From contig CAWIIB010000001.1 of the NCBI GenBank assembly GCA_963836075.1, positions 2,016,001 to 2,080,000 of the forward strand: a stretch of 64,000 nucleotides of DNA, in the 5' to 3' direction. The position numbers were made by a program, and so were the translations under genes. The stretch's first letter is position 1. The number at the start of each line of letters is the position of its first letter. The DNA comes from an uncultured Acidobacteriota bacterium (lineage in GTDB: Bacteria; Acidobacteriota; JAQAZP01). Under the pieces are notes generated by a model that was given only the letters and a program-made list of their open reading frames with translations, was not told where the DNA came from and searched no databases. Below are positions 29,781-40,973 of the stretch, piece by piece.

Positions 29781-32036
29781 ATGCCCGATCCACCGACCAG
29801 TCCGAAAAGCCTGCCCAGACGACTGGCGCCCTGGATTCTACTGCTCCTCATCATCGCCCTGGGTCTGGCCCTCCGGCTGGAAGACCTGCGGGACTGGCGG
29901 CAGGAGCCCCAGCGCACCATGTACCAGGGTGAGCCGCTGATCCGCACCATGGACGGCTACTACTACCTCCACCTGGCCCGGGGTCTGCTGGAAGGCACCT
30001 GGCAGGGAGGCTCCGCCGAACCCTGGCGCTGTCTGCAGGAGGACTCGGAGGCGCCGGCATTCCCGCCCCTGCTCTCTCTGGTCACCGCCGCCATTTCCCG
30101 CGGAACCGGCATTCCGCTGATCCGGGTGGCCGTCTTCCTCCCGCCGCTGCTGGGCATCCTGCTGGTGCTGCCGGTCTTCTTTCTCGGCCGGCAGTTCGGG
30201 GGGACCATCTGCGGTCTGCTCTCCGCACTGTTCGCCGGCACCAGCGGGTACTACCTTTACCGCAGCAGCCTCGGTTTTTTCGACACCGACATCCTCAATG
30301 TCACCTTCACCATGACGGTCAGCCTCTTCTTCATCCACTTCGCGCTCAAACGGAGCCGCTGGCGCTACCTCCACCTGGCCCTGGCCCTGGCGACCAGCCT
30401 GCTCTTTTTCCTCTGGTGGCGGCCCTACGCGGTCACCGCCCTGGTGCTCACCATCTTTGCCACGGCCATGGTCTTCTTTTTCCGCAGCGCAACAGGGAAT
30501 GAACGGAAGATCGCGGCTCTGCTCCTGGCCCTGCTGGTCCTTGTCCCGCTGGCCGGTCTCCTCTTCGGCGGCCAGGGCCTGGCCCCGGTGGGCCGGCTCT
30601 TCCAGACCGGCCTGGCCCGGATCATCAACTACGCCGTGTCCAGCGAGGCCTGGAAGGACCAGGATGTGGTCCTGGCCATCAGCGAGCTGCAGCGGCCGTC
30701 GCTGCGGCTGGTGGTGCAGTCGGTGGCCGGCGGGCCCCTGCTCTTTACCGCCGGCCTGGCCGGAATCCTGCTCCTGCTGGTCCGCCGGCCGCGGCAGGCG
30801 CTGCTGCTGGCGGCCCCGCTGGCCCTGGGCTTTATCTCCTTTCTCGCCGGGCGGCGCTTCCTGATCTTCCTCAGCCCCTTTTTCGCTCTCGGCGCGGGGT
30901 TCCTGGCCGCACAACTGCACCGGCTGCTCCGCGGCCGCCACTGGTGGTACGGGGCGCTGCTGCTGGCGGGGTTCACCGCACTGAGCCTGCCCTCCATCCG
31001 CCAGGAACTGGACCGGACCTACTGGCCTTCAATCCACCCCTCGGTGGCCGGGGGGCTGGAGCACCTGGCCGTGCTCCCCCGGGACACGGTGGTCTGGAGC
31101 TGGTGGGACAACGGCCTCGCCCTGGCCTACTGGAGCCGCCAGTGCACCGTTGCCGACAACATGCAGATCGGCAACGTCTTCTACCAGGCCTGGCCCCTGG
31201 CCTCCGCTTCGCCGGCCGTGGCCTCCGGCTTCATGCATTTCTACGTCAAACGCGGGGATCAGGGGATGGACCGGCTGCTGGAACAGTTCGGGGGCTGGGA
31301 CCAGGTCTTCCAGTTCATCGATGAGATCTACCGCCTGGGCCCGGAGGCGTCGCTGCTCCACCTGCGAAATCTGCGGCTCCATCCGCTGGTGGGCTGGTAC
31401 AAATACATGTTCCCCCGTGACTCCCGGCCGCTCTACCTCTACCTCGATGGCGAGATGATGAAGACGGCCTACTGGTGGTACTGGTACGGCACCTGGAACT
31501 ATGCCCACCGCGAAGGGATCCACCCCACCGTGCGAATGTTCGCCGGGCTGCGCTCCGCAAAAGATTCAATCAAGGCCCCCGGCCTGACCATCGACCGTGA
31601 AAAGGGGATCCTCGTGGCCGATGATATGCAGACCACCCTCTCCAGGGTGCTGGACATCAGCCAGAAGATGATGGTGGCCCGGGACTATCCGGACGGGTCG
31701 GACCTGCAGTTCGATTTCTTCCACCCGGCCCGCTTCGGCCTGCTGCACAGCAGCGAATTCGGAGACTCCCTCTTCAACCAGCTGTTCATCCGCCAGACCT
31801 ATGACCCGGCCAGTTTCAAGCCGGTGGTCCTCGCCTCGCCGGTGCTCCAGGTCTGGGAAGCCGTGCGCGACGAGCAGGCCATCGAACAGACCATCACCAG
31901 GCTGCACGCCGGACTGGTCCCGGTGGACGGGGACCCGGTGATGTGGCTCGATCCGGAGAGCGCCACGGGGGAGGAGACGGGGGACGAGCCGGAACCCTTA
32001 CCGCAGCCGGTTCAGGGGCGCGGACCGGGTGAATAG
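29781..32036 (+). CDS. STT3/PglB/AglB-family oligosaccharyltransferase (GT-C)
   Basis: Many TM helices; TMDGYYY, YRSSLGFFDTD (DxD), ISE (TIxE-like), RRF and WSWWDNG (WWDxG) motifs in PglB order. Confidence 0.85.
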   Translation: MPDPPTSPKSLPRRLAPWILLLLIIALGLALRLEDLRDWRQEPQRTMYQGEPLIRTMDGYYYLHLARGLLEGTWQGGSAEPWRCLQEDSEAPAFPPLLSLVTAAISRGTGIPLIRVAVFLPPLLGILLVLPVFFLGRQFGGTICGLLSALFAGTSGYYLYRSSLGFFDTDILNVTFTMTVSLFFIHFALKRSRWRYLHLALALATSLLFFLWWRPYAVTALVLTIFATAMVFFFRSATGNERKIAALLLALLVLVPLAGLLFGGQGLAPVGRLFQTGLARIINYAVSSEAWKDQDVVLAISELQRPSLRLVVQSVAGGPLLFTAGLAGILLLLVRRPRQALLLAAPLALGFISFLAGRRFLIFLSPFFALGAGFLAAQLHRLLRGRHWWYGALLLAGFTALSLPSIRQELDRTYWPSIHPSVAGGLEHLAVLPRDTVVWSWWDNGLALAYWSRQCTVADNMQIGNVFYQAWPLASASPAVASGFMHFYVKRGDQGMDRLLEQFGGWDQVFQFIDEIYRLGPEASLLHLRNLRLHPLVGWYKYMFPRDSRPLYLYLDGEMMKTAYWWYWYGTWNYAHREGIHPTVRMFAGLRSAKDSIKAPGLTIDREKGILVADDMQTTLSRVLDISQKMMVARDYPDGSDLQFDFFHPARFGLLHSSEFGDSLFNQLFIRQTYDPASFKPVVLASPVLQVWEAVRDEQAIEQTITRLHAGLVPVDGDPVMWLDPESATGEETGDEPEPLPQPVQGRGPGE

Positions 32037-32692
32037 CCCTGGCCCTGCTCCTTCACGCCCACGGCATAGATCCGTTCCACATCGATCTCCGTATCGTAAG
32101 CTTCACGCCGCTCGATGAACTCTATCGTGAACCCCGCCTGCCGGAAATACCCGGAGATCTCCTCCTCGGTGAACCAGGCGAACCAGATCCGGGCGCCGGT
32201 GTCGAGCACGTCCTCCATCCACCCCTCCGTCTCCCCCACCTTCACCGCAATGAGCAGGGCACCCCCGGGGCGGAGCAGGCGATGGAACTCATCGAACAGA
32301 CGGCCAACATGGCACTTGGGCGTGTGGATGATCGAGTAGTAGGCGAGAATGCCGTGGTAGCTTTCGTCGGCGCAGTCGAGTCGGCCCAGATCACCGACCC
32401 GGATGGCAACCCCGGGGTTCAGTTCCCGGGCCAGGGCGACCGAGCGGTCCGAGATGTCCACGCCCTCAACGGTGACCCCCCGGTCCATGAGGTAACGTCC
32501 GATGTGGAACGACGGGCCGCAGCCAGCGTCGAGGATCAGCGAGGATTTGTCGAACCGGGCGGCGAAACGGTCCAGGAGCTGCCGGTCGTAGGGCTTGCCC
32601 TCCAGCTCGTCGTGGAACAGCTCGTGGTAGGTCCGGGCCGCGCGGTTCACCGCCTCCCGGGTCTCGGCGTTGATCTTGTCCAGCACGTCCAT
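32012..32692 (-). CDS. Class I SAM-dependent methyltransferase
   Basis: ILDAGCGP, GVDIS, YSIIH, LRPGG; GGAG RBS. Confidence 0.9.
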   Translation of the reverse strand: MDVLDKINAETREAVNRAARTYHELFHDELEGKPYDRQLLDRFAARFDKSSLILDAGCGPSFHIGRYLMDRGVTVEGVDISDRSVALARELNPGVAIRVGDLGRLDCADESYHGILAYYSIIHTPKCHVGRLFDEFHRLLRPGGALLIAVKVGETEGWMEDVLDTGARIWFAWFTEEEISGYFRQAGFTIEFIERREAYDTEIDVERIYAVGVKEQGQGYSPGPRP

Positions 32693-32706
32693 GGTCAACT
32701 CCAGAC

Positions 32707-33195
32707 CTACCGGGCGCGGAAGAGCCGCTTGACCAGCTGGATCTGTCCCGTGTGGTAGAGGTCGTGGGTCACCGCGCCGAACATCAGGTCAACGAAACGG
32801 TAGCGGCCGCTGCCCGGAGCGATCTCGTCCAGCCGCCGGGCGTCGAAAGCCCGCACCACGGCCAGCAATTTTTCGTGCTCGGCGCCAAGCAAGCCGCGGT
32901 CCTGCTTCCACGCCTTATCTTCCGCGACGTCCGACACCACCGGCCAGTTGGAGGGTTTGCGGGGAAAGGCCCCTTTGGGCGAATCCTCGAGGATGCGCCG
33001 CACCGCGTATTTCCAGTAGGCCAGGTGGAGCACCAAGGCCCAGATGCTGTGCCGCTCCGGCGCCGGCTGCCAGGCCGCCTCGACGCAACCCACGCCGCGC
33101 AGTGATCCGCCGGCGGTGGCCCCGCCATACCACAGCCGCTTCCCTGGGGACGGCTGGAGCAGATTGAGGATCTCGTCGATTCTATTGTCAGTCAT
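32707..33195 (-). CDS. DinB family protein
   Basis: HSIWALVLHLAYW and HDLYHTGQI. Confidence 0.85.
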   Translation of the reverse strand: MTDNRIDEILNLLQPSPGKRLWYGGATAGGSLRGVGCVEAAWQPAPERHSIWALVLHLAYWKYAVRRILEDSPKGAFPRKPSNWPVVSDVAEDKAWKQDRGLLGAEHEKLLAVVRAFDARRLDEIAPGSGRYRFVDLMFGAVTHDLYHTGQIQLVKRLFRAR

Positions 33196-33258
33196 CCTGC
33201 ATCTCCATTGAATACTCTGGTATTATGGCATTTGTTCAGACCATGGAGAAAGGAAGGA

Positions 33259-36211
33259 ATGAGGATGCCACGCCCAGCACTCCGCGCTCCCCTGTTTTTC
33301 ACCCTGCTGATCCTGCTCGCCTCATCCGCGGTGGCCGGCCCGCCATCGGCCATACACACCTCGTACGGGTCGTTCGATCCGCTGGCCGGCCCGCCGCCCG
33401 ACCCTCTGCAGTTTAAAGCTGCCCCGGGCAATACCATCCGCCTGCTCCAGGTGACCGGCAGACTCAGCTCGGACGAGATCGAGGCGCTGAAGACCGCCGG
33501 CGTCAGGCTGCTGGGCTATGTCCCCCACAACACCTACGTGGCCGACATCCCGGCCTCCCTGGCCCAACGAATCAGCGCCCTGCCCACGGTGCGCTGGATC
33601 GGGGAACTCCCTCCCGGCTGGCGTATCGAATCCGGGCTGCTGCACCAGCCGCCGGAGGAGCTGGTGGTGCGCATCGATTATTTCCCGGACGAGGACAGCG
33701 ACCGGAACCGCCAGGCCGTGCGCGATACGGTGTCCGCCTGGTCCGGCGGACTGATCGAGGAATACCTATCCATCCCGGTGCTCCGCGCCCGGGTGCCGGC
33801 GGCGGCGCTGGTCGATCTGGCCCGGCTGCCCGGGGTCCGCTGGATCGAGCAGTGGCACCCGCCGCAACCGGCGATGGACAATGGCCGCTATCAGCTGGGG
33901 GCCCGGCCCCTGCACGTCCACCAGGCCTGGGACGGCAGCGGCATCGTCGGCGAGATCCGTGACAACGGCATCGACCTGACCCACCCCGACTTCGGCAACC
34001 TGATCGGCACCCACGGCGACATCATTATGGATCTCCACGGTACCGGCACCTTCGGCATCGTCTTTGCCGACGGCGCTGCCGGGTCCTACCAGAGCCTCAG
34101 GGCCCGGGGGATGATGACCGGCGGCAGCGGCGTCTTCTGCGACTGGCGGGTCGGCACGGCCGACTCGGTACAAGAACCTGGCCGAGGAGTGGGACGGCCG
34201 GTTCCAGAGCAACAGCTTTGTCGGCGGCGTGCTCAACGGCCGCTACACCGGGATGTCCCGGGAAAACGACCTGGTCACCAACGCCCACGACATCCTGTTG
34301 CTCTATGCCGGGGGGAACAACGGCATCGAACCGTACAAGATCTCCCAGCATGCCTGCGCGAAAAACGTCATCGGCGTGGGGGCCATCTTCCACTATGACA
34401 ACGACGACCCCGGCGATGACGACTGGCATATCGCCGGCGGCGCCCCGAGCCAGGGGCCGGCGGAAGACGGCCGGGTCAAGCCCGACCTGGTGGGCTACTA
34501 CGACAGCATCTTCACCACCGACCCGGTGGGCCCGGCCGGCGGCACGGCCAGCGATTACACCACCATGTTCGGCGGCACCAGCGGGGCCTGCCCCATGGTG
34601 GCCGGCGCCGCCGGGCTGGTCTACCAGATGCTGGAAGGGGGGCACCTGGGCGCCGTGCCCCCGGGTGAACGGGGACACACGGCCACGGTGAAGGCGATCC
34701 TCATCGCCCACACCAACCAGTACCCGCTGGAGCGGGCCACACGCTATCAGCAGGGCTGGGGGATACCTGACGTAAGCCGGGTCCACGCAGCCGGCCGCAA
34801 CATGCTGGTGGTCAACGGCGGCCACCCCCTGTCCACCGGCGAAAGCCGCAGCTTCCAGGTCCGGCGGTATGCCGCCGGTGAGCCGCTGCGCATCAGCCTG
34901 GTCTGGGCCGACCGGGAGGCCGAGATGATGGCCAACCCCACCCTGGTCAACGATCTTGACCTGAGGGTCACCTCCCCCAGCGGCACGGTGTTCCACGGGA
35001 ATCGCGGCTTGCACGGCAACCTCTGGTCCCTGCCGGACGGTGATTTTGACCGCCTGAACAACGTGGAAAACGTCTTTATCGAGGAGCCCGAAGCCGGTCT
35101 GTACACCATCGAGGTGACGGCCTGGAACGTGCCGCTGGACAACCACCCCGACGCCGGCATCAACCAGGACTTCTCGCTCTGCGCCACCATGACGGAAGGG
35201 GCCCCGTCGCCGTTCATCGTCACCGGCCCCGGGCCATACAGTTTCAACGACCCGCTGGTCCGCACCTGGGACCCGCTGGCCCCCTCCTGTCTCGTGGAGT
35301 GGAAGGCCTACGGCCTGGACCGCTACGGGGTGAACGTGGCCGCCGGCGACACCGACGGCGACGGCCATGACGAGATTATCACCGGCGCCGGTCCGGGGAC
35401 CGTCTTCGGCCCCCATGTGCGGGGATTCAGCCGCTCAGGGTGGCCGCTGGACCGGATCAATTTCCTGGCCTACGGCACGAACAAGTACGGGGTGAATGTC
35501 GCCGCGGGAGACCTGGACGGCAACGGAATCGACGAGATCATCACCGGCGCCGGTCCGGGAGCGGTGTTCGGCCCCCACGTGCGGGGCTGGGCCGTGGGCG
35601 CGACGGCCACCACCCCCCTCGCCGGGATCAGCTACTTCGCCTACGGCACACCGAAATACGGGGCCAACGTCAGCTGCGGCGACATCGACGGAGACGGCTT
35701 TGACGAGATCGTCACCGGTGCCGGTCCGGGTGCGGTGTATGGCGCCCACGTGCGCGGCTGGAACTGCGACGGCACGACGGGTGCCGCAGCCATGCCGGGG
35801 GTGAGCTTCTTCGCCTACGGCACACCCCAGTGGGGAGTGAAGGTGGCCTGCGGCGATATCGACGGCGACGGCCTGGACGAGATGATCACCGGCCCCGGCC
35901 CCGGCCTGGAGTTCGGGCCGCACCTCCGCGCGTTCGCCTTTGACGGAAGTGGTGTGGCGCCCGTCCCGGACATCAGCCAGTTTGTTTACGACGGATATCT
36001 CTACGGGCTTACCGTGGGGGCCGCGGATGTGGACGGCGACAGCTTCGCCGAAATCCTCACCATGCCCGGCCCCGATCCCGAGGCACTGCCCTGGCTCAGG
36101 GTCTGGGATGCCGACGGCGGTTCGCTACAGCTGAAACCGGAGTTCGATGACAACGCCTACGATGAACTGAACATCTCTCACGGTGGGACCGTGGCCGGAG
36201 GTGTTTTTTGA
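33259..36211 (+). CDS. Secreted S8 subtilase (Kp43-like layout) with C-terminal module A; +1 frameshift near 34167
   Basis: Signal peptide; YVPHNTY prodomain; RDNG, HGTGT, AKNVI.VGA, DGRVKPD, GTSGACP, LVNDLDL, NNVENV. ORFs 33208-34398 and 34229-36211 join via ...ADS/YKNLAEEWDGRFQSNS. Confidence 0.85.
35216..36211 (+). repeat. C-terminal module A, copy 4
   Basis: IVTGPGPYSFNDPLVR...HGGTVAGG. Confidence 0.9.
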
Positions 36212-36819
36212 CATTCCAACTGCTTGTCGTGCACTGGCGAGAGCAGGGTCAGGGAGAGCAGCGCGCCCAGCAGCGCGAGGAACATGTCCCACTGGGTGTC
36301 CCAGACGTCTCCCTGGGTGCCGAGAAATGAGTCCGCCGCTTCCCCGCCGGCCAGGGCCGCCCACCACTCGATCATCTCGTAAAAAGCACTGAAGGCGAGA
36401 CAGACACAGGTGACGAGGAAAAAGAGCCAGCCCCCGCGCAGGGCCGGTACCTTTTTGCGCAGTATCTCACGGGCCAGGATGGCCGGGACGAAGCCCTGGG
36501 CCAGGTGCCCCAGCCGGTCGTAGTGGTTGCGGCCGAGATCCAAGAGCTCCTGGACCCAGAACCCCGGCGGCACCCGGGCATAGGTGTAGTGGCCGCCGAG
36601 AATCAGGATCAGGGCGTGGAAAAAGAGCAGCCGGTAGAGCAGCGGCGTGGGCCGGAAACGGTTCCAGGTGAGCATGAGGACCGGGACACCGATGAGCACC
36701 GGGGCCACCTCCAGCAGCCAGGTGGTCCGGTCAAACGGCCGGATCCCGGAGACGATCAGGGCCAGCAGGCAAAGTGCCAGCAGGACCAGCGGTTCGGTGT
36801 TCCGGCGCTCACCGGTCAT
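36178..36819 (-). CDS. DUF2238 (YjdF-like) inner membrane protein
   Basis: WLLE, GGHYTYARVP, RNHYDRLGH..QG, SAFYE..EW, FLGTQGD.WDTQWDM. Confidence 0.9.
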   Translation of the reverse strand: MTGERRNTEPLVLLALCLLALIVSGIRPFDRTTWLLEVAPVLIGVPVLMLTWNRFRPTPLLYRLLFFHALILILGGHYTYARVPPGFWVQELLDLGRNHYDRLGHLAQGFVPAILAREILRKKVPALRGGWLFFLVTCVCLAFSAFYEMIEWWAALAGGEAADSFLGTQGDVWDTQWDMFLALLGALLSLTLLSPVHDKQLECQKTPPATVPP

Positions 36820-37390
36820 GATTGATCCTCTCCAGGGTCCGCACCAGCTCGGCCCCCAGGCCGAAAACGGCCTGCTGCTTGCTCTCGTCCACCAGCCCCC
36901 CCTGCTCATCAAAGGCCTTGAACGCCCCGGGCAGGGTCTGCTGGGCGGGGAGCACCAGCACCTGGAGGTTGGCCAGCAGCATCCGCAGGTGGACCAGCCC
37001 CCGTATCCCGCCCAACCCCCCGGGTGAGGCGGCCAGCAGTGCGGCAGCCTTCCCCTTATACGCGGCGTAGGGCGGTTCGCTCTCCGATTCGACCCGGGAG
37101 GCCCAGTCGAGGGCGTTCTTCAGCAGCGGGCTGAACGCACCGTTGTATTCCGGCGAAGCGATCAGAAAGCCGTCATGCTCGATGAGCAGCCGCTTGAATG
37201 CCCGGGCAGGGTCGGGCATCCCGTCCTGCGCCTCCAGGTCCTGGTTGAACAGCGGCATGGGGTAGTCCGCCAGGTCGATCTCGGTCACCCGGGCGCCGGC
37301 ATCCCGGGCGCCGGCGGCGGCGATACGCACCAGTTTTTTATTGAACGATTCCTCACGGCTGCTTCCGGCAAAGGCGAGCACTGAAAGCAT
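36809..37390 (-). CDS. NADPH-dependent FMN reductase (ChrR/SsuE-like)
   Basis: AGSSREESFN, SPEYNG....LKNALDW.SR, ASPGGLGG.RG. Confidence 0.92.
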   Translation of the reverse strand: MLSVLAFAGSSREESFNKKLVRIAAAGARDAGARVTEIDLADYPMPLFNQDLEAQDGMPDPARAFKRLLIEHDGFLIASPEYNGAFSPLLKNALDWASRVESESEPPYAAYKGKAAALLAASPGGLGGIRGLVHLRMLLANLQVLVLPAQQTLPGAFKAFDEQGGLVDESKQQAVFGLGAELVRTLERINHDR

Positions 37391-37527
37391 GTCAAAGACC
37401 CTCCTCTCGTAAAATATTGATTTCCCCAGAGTCGATTTAAACTCACCTCATCTGTGTGATAGCATATATCTATAAATCATGTCTCGGAACATGGGTTGGT
37501 TTTCGAGCATCGATAAAGAGGTATCTC

Positions 37528-38949
37528 GTGCGCGAAAAGTCCGAGCCCATTTTTTACGTACCCCTCTTTTTGACTGTACTAATACTCTTCATCGTCTCTT
37601 TTGCCTGCGGCTCCTGGCGCAACAAGCCGGTGAGTTCGCCGATCCTGGTCGTGGGCGTGGACGGCATCGAATGGGAGCTGGCCCTGCCGCTGGTCGCCGA
37701 GGGCCGGATGCCCACCTTCGAGCGCTTGATGGCCGAAGGGCGCTACGGCCTCCTGGAGACTCTGGTCCCCACCGATTCTCCGGTGATCTGGACCACGGTG
37801 GCCACCGGAATGCCGAAAAGCGTGCACGCCATTCTCGGTTTTGCCAACACCAACCGTCCGCAAAACATCTCGCTCTACGACAACAGCTACCGGCAAGCCC
37901 CTGCCCTGTGGAACATCCTGTCCAATTTCGAGAAACGGGTCTGCGTGGTGGGCTGGTGGATGACCTGGCCAGCCGAACCGGTGAACGGGGTGATGGTAGC
38001 CCAAACCAACACCATGGACCAGTTCGATACCGCCAGGGGGAGGGAAACCTGGAAGGGTGCGATCCGTCCGGGTGTGGCCGGCCAGGTCTATCCTCCCGAG
38101 CTGGAGAGCAGGATCATGAGCACCCTCGGAGAAGTGGAGACCGAGCTGCCCCGGATCACCGAGGAGATCTTCGGACAGTTTCCGCACCCCCTCTCCCGCC
38201 TGGGTGACCAGCTCTGGTCGAACTGCCACTGGTCCTTCCGCGCCGACCAGACCTATGCCCGCATTGCCCACCGGCTGATCGCCGAGGAGGAACCGTTCGA
38301 CCTGTCCATGGTCTACTTCGGCGGCTCGGATGTGGCGGGACACCGTTTCCTCCGCTACATGAAACCGGAACTGTTTGACCACCCCCCCACAGCCGAACAG
38401 GTGGCCAACTTCCGCAGCGTGATCAGTAACTACTATTCCTGGCTCGACTCGGAAATCGGCCGCTTGATCGAACTCTACCCGGAGGATGTCACCGTGATCG
38501 TCCTCTCCGACCACGGCATGGTGCCAGTGAACCGGGAAAACCTTTTCGACCCGGACGACATTCCGGAGGATGTCAATTCCGGCCACCACCATGACGGGCC
38601 ACCGGGCATCTTCATCGCCGCCGGCCCATTTATCGTACCCGCGGAGAATGCCCTGCCACCGGCAGCCCTCCGGCGAGATGACCTGCCTACGGTGGGCAGC
38701 GTGTATGATCTGGCGCCCACCATTCTGGCCATGCTCCGTCTTCCCCGGGGCCGTGACATGGAGGGGCGCGTGCTCGACGAACTCTTTGCCGAGCGTTTCC
38801 AGATCGACCTCCAACCCCGGATGGTCAGCTCTCACACCAGCATGGAATTTCTCCAATCTCGAAAGAAACTCCATCGGGACAATCCGGCCGAGGACACCCG
38901 CATCGAGCAACTGCAGAACCTTGGATACCTTCCCCACCCGGACCAGTGA
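37528..38949 (+). CDS. Alkaline phosphatase superfamily (phosphodiesterase/nucleotide pyrophosphatase-like) exported protein
   Basis: VGVDG, SPVIWTT.ATG, VGWW.TWPAE, D..GH, LSDHG, DLAPT, QL..LGY; GTG start after GAGGT (start uncertain). Confidence 0.82.
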   Translation: MREKSEPIFYVPLFLTVLILFIVSFACGSWRNKPVSSPILVVGVDGIEWELALPLVAEGRMPTFERLMAEGRYGLLETLVPTDSPVIWTTVATGMPKSVHAILGFANTNRPQNISLYDNSYRQAPALWNILSNFEKRVCVVGWWMTWPAEPVNGVMVAQTNTMDQFDTARGRETWKGAIRPGVAGQVYPPELESRIMSTLGEVETELPRITEEIFGQFPHPLSRLGDQLWSNCHWSFRADQTYARIAHRLIAEEEPFDLSMVYFGGSDVAGHRFLRYMKPELFDHPPTAEQVANFRSVISNYYSWLDSEIGRLIELYPEDVTVIVLSDHGMVPVNRENLFDPDDIPEDVNSGHHHDGPPGIFIAAGPFIVPAENALPPAALRRDDLPTVGSVYDLAPTILAMLRLPRGRDMEGRVLDELFAERFQIDLQPRMVSSHTSMEFLQSRKKLHRDNPAEDTRIEQLQNLGYLPHPDQ

Positions 38950-39072
38950 GAACCGGCCGCCCCCGAAAAACAGAACGCCCGTCTCCAGGAAGGGTCGTTC
39001 TCCCTGTTGACGGGCGATCGCGGTTGCAGTCGGGACCAGGCGGCAACCCGACTGTTTCCGTCGTGGTCGTGG

Positions 39073-39618
39073 CTAGAAATAGCGTTCAAGAAGGCCCTTG
39101 AAGGCCTGGCCGTGACGAGCCTCGTCCTTGCACATCTCGTGCACCGTATCGTGAATCGCGTCGTAGCCCAGTTCCTTGGCCCTGGTGGCGATATCCTTTT
39201 TGCCCTTGCAGGCGCCATGCTCGGCGGCAACACGGGCTTTGAGGTTTTCTCTGGTATCGGCCACCAGCACCTCACCCAGCATTTCGGCAAACCTGGCGGC
39301 GTGCTCCGCCTCCTCGAAGGCAATACGCTTGTAGGCCTCGGCCACCTCGGGAAAGCCCTCCCGCTCGGCCTGGCGGCTCATCGCCAGATACATGCCCACT
39401 TCGGTGCACTCACCGGTGAAGTTGGCCCGCAACCCCTCGAGGATCCCCGGGTCCGCATCCTTTGCCACCCCGATCCGGTGCTCATCGGCCCAGGCCATCT
39501 CCTCATCGCTGCCCTGCTCTTCGAACTTCTCGGCCGGCGCACCGCACTGGGGGCAGGCATCCGGAGGAGTGTCGCCTTCATGAACATAACCGCAAATAGT
39601 GCAAATCCACTTTTTCAT
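39073..39618 (-). CDS. Reverse rubrerythrin (N-terminal rubredoxin domain; NADH peroxidase type)
   Basis: CTICGY..CPQC followed by [20 protein letters not shown] di-iron motifs. Confidence 0.93.
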   Translation of the reverse strand: MKKWICTICGYVHEGDTPPDACPQCGAPAEKFEEQGSDEEMAWADEHRIGVAKDADPGILEGLRANFTGECTEVGMYLAMSRQAEREGFPEVAEAYKRIAFEEAEHAARFAEMLGEVLVADTRENLKARVAAEHGACKGKKDIATRAKELGYDAIHDTVHEMCKDEARHGQAFKGLLERYF

Positions 39619-39757
39619 CTCTCTGTCTCCCGTCGCAGATACATATTGAAAATACAGCGTTTCCATCAGCAGGCCGGGCCAGCCACATGCCTGACAGCCA
39701 ATGATCGGGGTTCTCTGACCCCGAAAGAAGGCCTGATTCTACACTGAAACAGGGGGG

Positions 39758-40973
39758 CTACCAAACAAGCTCGAGGCCCAGTGATAAAGCATACCGCTGC
39801 AGGGCGGTCCGGCCCGCTTCCCCGTCGGCCGCTGAAGCCGGACAGCGAGAATCGGCCCCTTCGAATCGGCAGGAAAGCACCCGAAGTGTGCTGTTTTTGC
39901 GGTCCGCCTTGAGATCGTATCGCGCCACCAGCCGCTCACCGGCCAGCACCGGGAGACAGTAGTAGCCATACAACCGCTTCGGCGCCGGCTTGTAGATCTC
40001 CAGCACCTGGTCAAATCCGAACAGCCGGCGCACCCGGGCCCGGTCCCAGAGCAACGGGTCAAAAGGCGAGAGAAGAACACCCTGGTCCACCCGGGGCCGC
40101 AGACGGTCCAGGCGGTGAACCAGTTCCAGGTCCGCCGGCCGGATCCAGCCCGCCGCGGGCCGGACGCCCCCCGAATTTTCCAACCGGCAGGGCACCACCT
40201 CTCCCCTGCGGGTCAGCCGGCGAAATGCGGCCTCCAGCGGCTTCCGCTTGTTGGATAAACGCCAGGTGGCCGCCAGCGTCCCGCTGGACGCCCACCCGTG
40301 GCCTTCCAGCGCCTTGAGCAGCAGGCAGTCGAGGCTCGCTTCCAGTCTGGTTGTCTGCTGCCGCAGGCCGGCGGGAATGACCCTTTCACTGAGATCGAAA
40401 ACGCGCAGGAACTTCCGTCGTTCCCGGATGGCCAGGTCCCCCCTGGACCAGAGGGCCGAAGCCACCTGTCTCGCCGTCTTGAGGTCCCACCAGCCACGGC
40501 TGCCCCGCCCCTCCATCTCGATGGAGAGCAGCGGCCCCTCCTCCCTGATCCGCTGGAGGAGCCGCCGGGCCACGCGCGGGTGCCGGGCCAGCAGATCACC
40601 CCACCAGGGATGGGTGCGGTACTCGCGCCGGCGGAAACCGAAGAGGGGGTAAAGCTCGAGGGGGATCCAGCTGGCTTCGTGGCCCCAGGTACTCGAAGAG
40701 CGGAGCCCCCGGCCGGAGCAGTTCCTCGCCGAGGGACGGGTCAAAGCCCTCGAGACGTGAGAGAAGGACAATGACATGACTGCGGGCCCCGGCAATGGAG
40801 ACGGTATCCAGCTGCAGGTAGCCGAAACGGCCGATCACCCGCTGCGCCGCTTCCCGGGCCCGCTTTCCCCCACCGGCGGCGCGGCGCGGCAATCCGGTCC
40901 AGTGGGGTTTGAGGAGCCCGGCCCGGACCAGGGCCAGCCGGCGGGCCAAGCGGATGCTCAGACAGGTTGTCAT
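39758..40973 (-). CDS. YcaQ/AlkZ-family winged-helix crosslink-repair DNA glycosylase; +1 frameshift near 40688
   Basis: LQLDTVS..ARSH (QxD), LFEY/WGHEAS across the shift, LLSPFDPL.WDR.R...LFGFD..LEIY.P..KR.YGYY.LP. Confidence 0.85.

Noticed and set aside
36178-36211. Convergent 3' gene overlaps (32012-32036, 36178-36211, 58170-58237)
   Set aside because: Short tail overlaps are common in GC-rich genomes where stop codons are rare; no sign of function.
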